From Macrostomum lignano (lineage: Eukaryota), in the NCBI GenBank assembly GCA_002269645.1, contig NIVC01000074.1, positions 1 through 64,000 of the forward strand: 64,000 nt of DNA, given 5' to 3'. Positions 46,501 to 58,500 of this stretch are shown here, piece by piece. Each line of letters begins with the position of its first letter. Within the stretch, counting starts at the first letter, position 1. The notes beneath the pieces were generated by a model. The model was not told where the DNA came from. It did not search any database and saw only the letters and a list, made by a program, of their open reading frames with translations. The position numbers were made by a program, and so were the translations under genes.

Positions 46501-49500
46501 CACACAGAGACCCTGTCAGCATCGTCCTGCCACCCCTGGATTCCCTGGAAATCCCCACAGGCACACAGAGACCCTGTCAGCATCGTCCTGCCACCCCTGG
46601 ATTCCCTCGAACTCCCTACACACACAGAGACCCTGTCAGCATCGATCTGCCACCCCTGGATCCCCTCGAACTCCCTACACACACAGAGACCCTGTCAGCA
46701 TCGATCTGCCACCCCTGGATCCCCTCGAACTCCCTACACACATAGAGACCCTGTCAGCATCGTCCTGCCACCCCTGGATTCCCTCGAACTCCCTACACAC
46801 ACAGAGACCCTGTCAGCATCGTCCTGCCACCCCTGGATTCCCTGGAAATCCCCACAGGCACACAGAGACCCTGTCAGCATCGTCCTGCCACCCCTGGATT
46901 CCCTCGAACTCCCTACACACACAGAGACCCTGTCAGCATCGACCGGCCACCCCTGGATCCCCTCGAACTCCCTACACACACAGAGACCCTGTCAGCATCG
47001 ATCTGCCACCCCTGGATTCCCTCGAACTCCCTACACACACAGAGACCCTGTCAGCATCGACCTGCGACACCTGGATCCCCTCGAACTCCCTACACACACA
47101 GAGACCCTGTCAGCATCGTCCTGCCACCCCTGGATTCCCTCGAACTCCCTACACACACAGAGACCCTGTCAGCATCGTCCTGCCACCCCTGGATTCCCTG
47201 GAACTCCCTACAGGCACACAGAGACCCTGTCAGCATCGACCTGCCACCCCTGGATTCCATGCATAAGTCCTATTTTTAAGCAGTCATGGCTAATGACCAT
47301 TGCTCTTGCCCCTGAGCATGCACAGGCTCACCACGCACACGGAGGTAAGGCATGTACAACACTAGCCGCGCCACGAGGTATGACCCTCGTCTGACATTCA
47401 ATAGCCAAACTTTGTCCCCAGGCACGAGTTTTCCGGTGCGAACTATTAAAGTTTAGTCCGACAGCCAGACGCAGACAAAAAGGTCAAGTTGCTTGTTAGC
47501 CTGTCTTGACTTTTATATCGTCAAATATCAACTTTTCGACGATGAATTCACTGTTGAAGAACAAATACTGCTGTCTGAAATCTGGTCAATGATGTACGCA
47601 ATATTTTAATTGGTGAGGGGTCGCAACGCTAAGAGTTGCCGATGTTAGTCTCTTAGTTTTCGCCCCTGTCTCTTGGTTGTCGTCCCTGTCTCTTGGTTGT
47701 CGTCCCTGTCTCTTGGTTGTCGTCCCTGTCTCTTGGTTAACTTCCCTGTCTCTTGGTTGTCGCCCCTGTCTCTTGGTTGTCGCTCCTGTCTCTTGGTTGT
47801 CGCCCCTGTCTCTTGGTTGTCGTCCCTGTCTCTTGGTTGTCGTCCCTTGTCTCTTGGTTTTCGCCCCTGTCTCTTGGTTTTCGCCCCTGTCTCTTGGTTG
47901 TCGTCCCTGTCTCTTGGTTGTCGTCCCTGTCTCTTGGTTAACTTCCCTGTCTCTTGGTTGTCGCCCCTGTCTCTTGGTTGTCGCTCCTGTCTCTTGGTTG
48001 TCGCCCCTGTCTCTTGGTTGTCGTCCCTGTCTCTTGGTTGTCGTCCCTTGTCTCTTGGTTTTCGCCCCTGTCTCTTGGTTTTCGCCCCTGTCTCTTGGTT
48101 GTCGCCCCTGTCTCTTGGTTGTCGCCCCTGTCTCTTGGTTATCGCCCCCTGTCTCTTGCGTATGCGTACGCCACCGAATCCAGTACAGCTGTTAAAGCAT
48201 TTCGATAGCAACGGCCATTTATCCCCTCGCACTTCTGTCTATCTTATAGTGCATCGGCTACTGAGGATGACTCACTGTAGAGGGCAGTAGATCGGTGGGT
48301 AAAAAAATTTAAGGAACCTAAAACGAACAGCGATGGTTCCTGCTGATTTGGTGATTGAGGGTGGTAGGACGGCAGAAGCTGTGGATATTGTGCCTTGCAC
48401 TGCATTTGTACTTTTTTCTCTACGCGTACAGCAGAAGCGGCGTCAGTTCCTGAAGTTAACTGATAGGCGAGACAGAGATTTCTAGGAAACTTTAGCCTTC
48501 AGTTAGCAACTAATAAACATATTGTGAAGATAGCTATTTACGACAAGAGGTAACAGTCGTCGCGTCGTCTATAGTTGGCAGTTGACCGTATCTTTTTGTT
48601 GCAGCTCCTTCCTCTAAACTTCTGCGCATATTTTTATAGAAGGAATTCGAAGCACTGTTTACTTTATGCACTGTTTTTAAGTCCAAAACACATTGGATGA
48701 TTCCTCCCCGAGTTAAAATCCCCACGCAAATTCTCTATAAAACTAAAAGAAGTATTTCCTGTGCTCATAACCTGGATTCCCTGAAACTCCCCACAGGCAC
48801 ACACAGACCCTGTCAGCTTCGACCTGCGACCCCTGGATTTCCTGAAACTCCTCACAGGCACACACAGACCCTGTCAGCATCGACTTGAGACCCCTGGATC
48901 CCCTCGAACTCCCTACACACAGACCCTGCCAGCATCGACCTGCGACCCCTGGATTCCCTGGATCTCCCTACAGGCACACAGAGACCCTGTCAGCATCGAC
49001 CTGCGACCCCTGGATTCCCCGAAACGCCCCACAGGCACACACAGACCCTGTCAGCATCGACTTGCGACCCCTGGATCCCCTCGAACTCCCTACACACAGA
49101 CCCTGCCAGCATCGACCTGCGACCCCTGGATTCCCTGGATCTCCCTACAGGCACACAGAGACCCTGTCAGCATCGACCTGCGACCCCTGGATTCCCTGAA
49201 ACGCCCTAAACACACAGACCCTGTCATCATTTCCTGCCACCCCTGGATTCCCTGGAACGCCCTAAACACACAGACCCTGTCATCATTTCCTGCCACCCCT
49301 GGATTCCCTGGAACGCCCTAACCACACAGACCCTGTCATCATTTCCTGCCACCCCTGGATTCCCTAAGTCCCATTTTACAACACAAACAGGTTTGAAAAA
49401 AAATCAGTTCAGGCATTCAGGCTATAAACTGAAATACCGGACAAACAGATCTTAGAGATTATGATGGATCTTTGCAAGCAGCAAATTCACGAGAAAAAAT

Positions 49501-52500
49501 GCACATGCAAAATGTCTAGCCTAACAGGAACGGCGATGAGTCATCCGGGTCTACCCATAATCAGTCTTCCGGAGCCAAAAGCTCCTTTTTTCTCTCCTGT
49601 TCGCAACAATTTTTTTCCGCCATTAAAGAGGCCAGACACACTCGCCCACACTTGCGGCCAACAAGTCTGAATCACAGCCGAAGACCAGATTATTGTCGCA
49701 CGTTTAAGAGAGCCGTTAAGAAAAGACCTTTTTTAGAAAGATTTCTGCGCCTTCGATGCGAACCAGAGCCACCTGTTGTGAACTGGGGACTCGTTTAAAA
49801 ATTCTTTCTTCACAAATTATATAAGATCTTCGGAATCCAATGGAATACGAACTGAATGGGGTCAAATAAGGACACTTTTTTATTATCGTACTGGAAATCT
49901 GTCTATGCCACAGATGCAAAATAACTAGATGGGCAACTCAGGCATACATAGCTTTCTACTTTCAGTTCAGTAGCAAATGAGAATACATAAAAGCTATTTT
50001 ATAAAAATAAAGGCAGCTGAAATGACTTAAATCAATTTAGAAGCCCAAAGCTTGCAGGCGTAACAAACTTGCTAATTGGTTCAGTCATAATGTACATTAG
50101 CCAGTCCACTGAAATGTACATTGCCGCTTTAGGCTGGAATTCCGAGAAAGGCAATAAAAATTAGGGCGGGGCAAGAGGGGGGGGGGTAGTGTGGAGAGGC
50201 GCCGTTGGAGGGTTTAAGCTGGGGGGTAAGAGCCAATAAAATGAGCCTTAGGTTTAAAAACACGTTAAAATGCTTCTATTTAACTTACTACTGAACTGAA
50301 AGTAGCTTACACGCAAATTTTCTGAGTGGCCCATCTAGTTATTCTATTATCTGTGGTTTTTCTACGAGCGTATATTTGGAAAGAATATATATTTGCCATT
50401 GTCTGACCGAAGAATCTACTGACTACCCACAGAAACTCCCCCAGCTGATCCACGTCCAGACAATCAAAGACTCAGTCGACGATCTCGCCGCTCTGTGTCC
50501 ACCACAATCGTGGACGAAATTGTCAGTCACCGTTTCGTTGAGATTCTGTTTGTGGTGGATTCGAGTATTGTGTCCTTTCATAGGGCCATTCTGGACGATT
50601 TTGTCTTTGGCATATTGGGCATTGTGAGTTGCTGCAGTGCTGTTGTAATGAATCCAATACAAGTGAAAGCATTGATTTCCTTAACTGTCACTCTCCTTCT
50701 CCTCTACTCTGTCACTTTCTTTGTCCTTCACTCTGTCACTCTCTTTCTCCTTCACTCTGTCACTCTCTTTCTCCTCTACTCTGTCACTCTCTTTCTCCTC
50801 CACTCTGTCACTCTCTTTCTCCTCCACTCTGTCACTCTCTTTCTCCTCCACTCTGTCACTCTCTTTCTCATCTACTCTGTCACTCTCTTTCTCCTCCACT
50901 CTGTCACTCTCTTTCTCATCTACTCTGTCACTCTCTTTGTCCTCCACTCTGTCACTCTCTTTCTCATCTACTTTGTCACTCTCTTTCTCATCTACTCTGT
51001 CACTCTCTTTGTCCTCCACTCTGTCACTCTCTTTGTCCTCCACTCTGTCACTCTCTTTATCCTCTACTCTGTCACTCTCTTTCTCCTCCACTCTGTCACT
51101 CTCTTTCTCATCTACTCTGTCACTCTCTTTCTCCCCACCCTGTCACTCTATCTCACTCTATCACTCTTTTTCCCTATATTTCTCCATATTTGTCACCCCC
51201 TCTACTCTTTGTCACTAGTATCCTTCTATCTATCACTCTGACATGCTAATTTCAGTTCTAATAATTCCTTAATTCTCCACTTGGCTCAATCATTGTTAAA
51301 ACGTGTAGCCATTTCACACATCGCCTCCTCAGGCCCAAGGAGTATTCAGAGACCCCCAGCTGGAGGAGAGCATCGAACTCAGTCTGGCTAGCGTTTATCG
51401 GCTCACCAGCGAAGAAGAGGTTGGAATTTTAAGGCTTTATTAGTTTTTTACTGTAATTTCTGGCTTTATACGAGTATCCGCGTAAAATAATCTTATTCCC
51501 TGCAAACTCAGGCTGAAATCATGTCGCTCGACACCGACCAAGTGGCCAGCGACGTTCTCGACTCGTTCAACGCTTGGATCGGCCGACTGCACAGATCCCG
51601 ATTTGGCCAATCAGTTTCTTGGGATATCTCGGTACTACTTACTAGGTGAGTAGTAAAACTCGAAATCCAGTAGCATTTAGATTTAATACTTAATTTCAAA
51701 AATTCACGGCAAAAACACGCACTAAAATTGAAAATAAAATTGTAATAGAAGTATTATTATCAAGACACAAATATAGAATTAAAGCAGAAAATTTTCTAAT
51801 GCCGATATGTTGTGTAAAAAACCTTTTTTGTGCAAACTCAAAACAAAAAAATTACACTAATAATAGGGATGAAAATTTGATAAAAATGTTGGAAAGGAGT
51901 ACGATTCGAACCAACGTCAGGCTAAAAACTTATGAGTTAAGCAAAATTCCTGCAAGCAAAGTTCGGCAAGCAAACTTCCCGCAAGCAAACGTACTCCCAG
52001 TTAATTAAAGCTAAGTGACGAGGAAAAACTTATCTAATGATTTCAGGAAATTTCTGTTCTCATTTGTCGAATTCGACGGCAAGCTGATCAAGGACCCGGT
52101 GCTGGGTGAGTCAGTGCAGGCTGAATTTTTTTAGAATTCTTTTAAATTTATTGAAATTTGCAAATGCAATTTTAGGCATAACAACTTATCGATCGCTTTG
52201 CGAGATGCTTCGAAACGGGATTGTTCTTCAAGAGATCGGTCTGCAGTCGGGTTTTTCTCTGGCTCACGAGCTCGGGCACACGTGAGAGTTAATTATCGCT
52301 ATATTTTGTTTTGTTTTCCCTACTAGTAGTAATCTAAATAGAATATTTTTTCAATCACCCAATTTAGTGGCACCTAATTTAGCGCCACTATAAACAAAAC
52401 TTAGCGCCACAAACGAACCACAGTTTAGCGCCACAATAAACTAACTTCAGCGCCACAATAAACTAACTGCAGCGCCACAATAAACTAACATCAGCGCCAC

Positions 52501-55500
52501 AAATGAACCACAGTTTAGCGCCACAATAAACTAACTGCAGCGCCACAATAAACTAATTTTAGCGCCACAATAAAGTAACTTTAGCGCCACAATAAACCAA
52601 TTTCAGCGCCACAATAAACTAACTTTAGCGCCACAATAAACTAACTTCAGCGCCACAATAAACTAATTTCAGCGCCACAATAAACTAACTTCAGCGCCAC
52701 AATAAACTAATTTCAGCGCCACAATAAACTAACTTCAGCGCCACAATAAACTAATTTCAGCGCCACAATAAACTAACTTCAGCGCCACAATAAACTAACT
52801 TCAGCGCCACAATAAACTAATTTCAGCGCCACAATAAACTAATTTCAGCGCCACAATAAACTAATTTCAGCGCCACAATAAACTAATTTCAGCGCCACAA
52901 ATGAACCACAGTTTAGCGCCATAATGAACTAATTTCAGCGCCACAATAAACTAACTTCAGCGCCACAATAAACTAACTTCAGCGCCACAAATGAACCACA
53001 GTTTAGCGCCATAATGAACTAATTTCAGCGCCACAATAAACTAACTTCAGCGCCACAATAAACTAACTTCAGCGCCACAAATGAACCACAGTTTAGCGCC
53101 ATAATGAACTAATTTCAGCGCCACAATAAACTAATTTCAGCGCCACAATAAACTAATTTCAGCGCCACAATAAACTAATTTCAGCGCCACAAATGAACCA
53201 CAGTTTAGCGCCATAATGAACTAATTTCAGCGCCACAATAAACTAACTTCAGCGCCACAATAAACTAACTTCAGCGCCACAATAAACTAACTTCAGCGCC
53301 ACAATAAACTAATTTCAGCGCCACAATAAACTAATTTCAGCGCCACAAATGAACCACAGTTTAGCGCCATAATGAACTAATTTCAGCGCCACAATAAACT
53401 AATTTCAGCGCCACAATAGACTAACTTTAGCGCCACAATGAACCACTCTTAGAGCCAAAACCGTGAATTGTAAATAGCTTTACTCTATCAGGTGATTGTT
53501 AAATTGCGCGTCTATTCTAAGAAAGGATAAATTATTGACACAACGTGCATAATAATAATACCTGCAGGTTTAACATGTACCATGATGGCTCGCCAGTCTG
53601 CGCAAGAAAGCTATACCCACACGAGGCCAGAGGCAACTTCGTGATGGACTCGTCATTGCATCCGAGCACATACCCCTGGACATGGTCTACCTGTAGTAAA
53701 CTGCATCTCAGACAATTCCTACGGTAAGTAATTTTAAGTCAAGCCGTGTCTGTGTACGCAGCATTTGGTGACATTCAGTTTACAGCAGGTCTTTAATGCC
53801 GAGATTATTAAACTTTAGCGTTTTTAGGCTGCTGTGGTGTCATGGATCAATTGGGGGAGTTGCTGAGATGCCATGACTCAATGGGGAGTTGCTGAGATGC
53901 CATGACTCAATTGGGGAGTTGCTGAGATGCCATGGCTCAATGGGGAGTTGCTGAGATGCCATGACTCAATGGGGAGTTGCTGAGATGCAAGTTGATTCAA
54001 TGGGGAGTTGCTGAGATGCCAATTGGCTCAATGGGGAGTTGCTGAGATGCAATTTGATTCAATGGGGAGTTGCTGAGATGCAAGTTGATTCAATGGGGAG
54101 TTGCTGAGATGCCAATTGGCTCAATGGGGAGTTGCTGAGATGCCATGGCTCAATGGGGAGTTGCTGAGATGCCATGACTCAATGGGGAGTTGCTGAGATG
54201 CCATGACTCAATGGGGAGTTGCTGAGATGCCATGGCTCAATGGGGAGTTGCTGAGATGCCATGACTCAATGGGGAGTTGCTGAGATGCCATGGCTCAAAG
54301 AGGAAACGACCCCGCTTCTATTCAAACTCCTGCCCGACCCCGCAGCACAAGCCAGTCGGATTGCACCCGAGAGCGCAGCAGACCGGCTGCACTGCAGCAG
54401 CAAAAATCCAAGCGCTCATTTGAAAGCAGATTTTATCCGCGATTCACCGTCAACGAGCAGTGCCGGCTGCTGTTTGGTGCTGAGGCTTCGCAGTGCGACA
54501 CGGTTGGTTGGGGGGAATTGGTTGGGGTATATTTAGCAAGCTTCTGTGGAGATTTTGCCATAGACATAACTAACCCTGTATGCTCTGGAGAGTCTGCCAT
54601 AAACAAAACTAACCCTGTAGGCTCCGTAGAGGTTTTGCCATAGACATAACCAGTCCTTCTAGGCTCTGGGAGAGTTTACCCTAGACATAACTAATCCTGT
54701 AGGCTCCGGGAGAGTTTGCCATAAACATAACTAATCCTGTAAGCTCCGGAGAGAGTTTGCCATAGACATAACTAATCCTGTAAGCTCCGGAGAGAGTTTG
54801 CCATAGACATAACTAACCATGTAGGCTCCGTAGAGGTTTTGCCATTGACATAACCAGTCCTTGTAGGCTCTGGGAGAGTTTACCCTAGACATAACTAATC
54901 CTGTAGGCTCCGGGAGAGTTTGCCATAAACATAACTAATCCTGTAAGCTCCGGAGAGAGTTTGCCATAAACATAACTAATCCTGTAAGCTCCGGAGAGAG
55001 TTTGCCATAGACATAACTAATCCTGTAAGCTCCGGAGAGAGTTTGCCATAGACATAACTAACCATGTAGGCTCCGTAGAGGTTTTGCCATTGACATAACC
55101 AGTCCTTGTAGGCTCTGGGAGAGTTTACCCTAGACATAACTAATCCTGTAGGCTCTAGGAGATATTTACTGATAGATTCTATTCATTAAAGATGATAGAT
55201 CAATAAACTGCCTGTAGAAAAATTTTATTAACACTTATCTCAAATATATTGTCGATCAAAAATTTCTTGTAAGCAAATTCGTATTCGTCGTGGTGGCAGC
55301 AAGAGTCCTTGATAACAACACGTAACATTGCAGAACCTGAGACCCTGCGGCACCCTATGGTGTCGAGTGTCGATGTCGCACAACAAATCAATCTGCTGGT
55401 CAAAAAAAGTGGTCTGGGCTCCGGGAACTCCTTGCGGTAATGAGAAGGTAATTATTAAGCGCTTTCATTGCGAGACCTGAGATCACTCGATTGATCTTTC

Positions 55501-58500
55501 TGTGCAAAAACGATGTCCCTTTGCAGATCTGCTTGGACGGAGAGTGCGTCCCGGCTGGGCATGGCGCAATCGACGGCGGCTGGAGTCAGTGGAGCGAGTG
55601 GACAAACTGCACAGTCGACTGCGGCGGCGGTGTCAGGTGGCGTCGTCGGTTTTGCGACAATCCGAGGTAAACATAGTTTAAACCGAATTTAGATGGGATG
55701 CAGTAGTTATCATTTTAGGCATGGGAGACTTAAGGTTTTATTCAGACGCTAAATTTTTTACCCTTCATTTTTTTGCCCAGGCCCCGACGTGGCGGTTCAT
55801 TTTGTCGAGGGCAACGCGCTATGGCGGAGACTTGTTCTCGAGCTTCCTGCTCTCAGCAGTCGACAGGCGGCAGTGCTGAGGCGCCTCGTGTCCTGGTTTT
55901 AGGCGCCGGTGTGACAGCAAGAGACGCCCAGTGCGCCCAGTTCGCAGTCAAACAAGCCCGAAGCGTAGAAATCGCTGCCGAAGTTGGCGATGCAAGGGAA
56001 CAGCGACTGACAGCAGCTGCTCTGCATCATAGACGTGAGTTATTATCTGTGGTGTTTAAATCTCGGATCTAATACCTGACTGTGTCATGCTTATTCCATT
56101 AATGTGAGAAAACCAACCATTCAACACGATGCAGTATCGTCGGACTCACTGTGCCGCTCAGTCACTTGCTCGATGCAACCAGCCGATCGCTCCGGCAACT
56201 CGGTCAGGAGCTCCCGACTGGCCAGGATATTCACCATTGATCGCGTTCGCGACGGTTCGCCATGCCATCCGTTCGATTATGGCGTCTGCATTGGCGGAGT
56301 TTGCCAAGTAGGATTTGCGCCAATGCTTTTGTAGTACTTTTTTAGCAGAGGCAGAGGACTGTGTGAGCTTAAAGCGACTTAACCGGCGACCATTTTCACC
56401 ATTCCGCCGACTCCCCTCAGTAGACATAACAAGCGCGCGGATACGTACGCAGTCATACGCACAGGCACACACTCACACTTCTATAAGTGTACACCGGCTC
56501 TAACTTTTTTATCGTTAGGCATGTACACTTCACTGTGCCTTGAGGGTTGGCCCTCAAGCTGGGCGTTAATTGCACGAGCAGAGCCAAGCCGAGATTCCAA
56601 TTTAGCCTCAAATTAATGTGACTGCACTTGGAATCGAGCCTGGGCCGCTGGCACATCAGAGCGCCGCGCTAGACCACTAAGCTACGCCCCTGCTTAGATT
56701 CATGTATGAAAAAAATTTTCTCTAACCCTTTTAACGTCAGCCCGCCGGTTGCGACGGAGTTCTGAACTCGAACAGTCGTTGGGATGCCTGCGGCGTCTGC
56801 GGCGGTAGCAATGAAACCTGCCATTTGCAGAGCAGGTCGTTTGAAATAGACATTAAACCAGGTAGAAACTCTTAGTTGATTTAGTTTATCTTTGCAGTGT
56901 ATACCAGAAACCAAATTTTACAAATCCAAAAAAACGTTTTTAGGAACGTCTTATTTGCACACATTCAGTCAAGGCTCCAGCAGTATCGAACTGATGACTG
57001 AGGGCGGCGGCGGACGATTCTGTACTGTTGGTAAGACTTCGACGTCATCCCCATGCAAGCTCTGCATTTCAGGTGCTCATGCTAATAAACAAAATTATCA
57101 CCTTTACTTTTAAGAGCTGATCAAGTCTTCAAAGGATTCGTCCGACAAGGGGAAATCTGTGGAGTCCCTGTACCCCAGTGGCAATCATATGAAAACTAAT
57201 CTGGCAGAGACTGTAAATCAGAAGCCAGAGGGCAACAATTTTATTGAAATCACTTCTTCGAAAGAGCTCGCTGATCGCTTCGACGAAGAGTACATGGCTT
57301 CTGGTACTTGGATTATGATATCCAAGAAGCAGAATGAGTGGCGAATACGTGGCATCGGACGACTTTCCAGCAATTTGTCGGTACGAATCAAAATAACCAG
57401 CAAAAGAATTTCAGCATCCAATCTACACAAAAAGATAAAAGTTACCAGTAGGGCTTTTGTTCCGAATTTGAGGATACGTGTGGCCGCAGTTGATAATTGT
57501 AGTCGCCTCTGCCAAGGACGTCAGAAAGTTGAGCATATTTGCGAAGACATCAGCGGTATGAAGCTTAGTGCTGTTAGGCGTCTTCCTATGGCTGTTTGCC
57601 GGTCAGTCCACCCGCCAATTCCCATCCCACCGCTGCCGCCGAGTCTGATGTGCAATACGGACTGCCGGTTGGAGTGGCGACGTGTAGCCGGAAACTGCAG
57701 TGCACGCTGCGGCAACGGAACAGCAGTTGATAGCTTTGATTGCGTCCTAAGTAAAAGCGATGGTACACCAGATGTTGTTCTTGATGAGCCAATTAAAGAT
57801 GTGAAGTACAAAGACGCTTACTGCGACAACCGATCCGTAAGACTTCTTCAGCGCGATTGCATTGGTGACTGTCGGCCTGTAGCCTGGCGTCTTGGTTCTT
57901 GGTCGGCGTGCTCGAAAACCTGCGGATCTGGTGGTACACGAAGTCGCTTGGCAGTTTGTGAAGAACTACAAGTGTTTGGTGGAAGGCGGTGGCCGGATAG
58001 CGAGTGCAAGGATGAACCGATTCCAGGTAAACTAATTGAGGCGTGCGAAAATACTACAGTCGAGTGTCCTAAATGGAAAATCAGCGAATGGTCCTCTTGC
58101 GACGCGTACTGCTCCAGTGGAATTAAGCAGCGCAGTGTTTACTGCCGCTGGAAGTCTGAGCCGGTACACAGTGAATTATGCCCAGGCCAGATGCCGGAAA
58201 CTGTGCGCAACTGTACTGGCTGGTGTTTCGGACGCTGGGTTGCAGGCAACTGGTCCAAATGTCACATGCCTTGCCAGAACGGTCACCGGTTCAGAGAGGT
58301 CAACTGCATGATTGGAACAAGAAAGGTACGAAAAAACACTCTGAAACTTATAATTTTACTAAACTTTACCAAAAGACATCTGAATCTTCTAGATTTAAGT
58401 ACGCTTCATCCCTTTGCGACAAAGACAGGATTTTATTGTAACCAAGGACCATTAGCAGTTTCCGTTGTATCAGGACGTAACACTCGTGAATATTGCGAAA

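Noticed and set aside
43695-47255. Long regular repeat arrays as CRISPR arrays
   Set aside because: Units are head-to-tail with no unique spacers, there are no cas genes, and the context is eukaryotic introns
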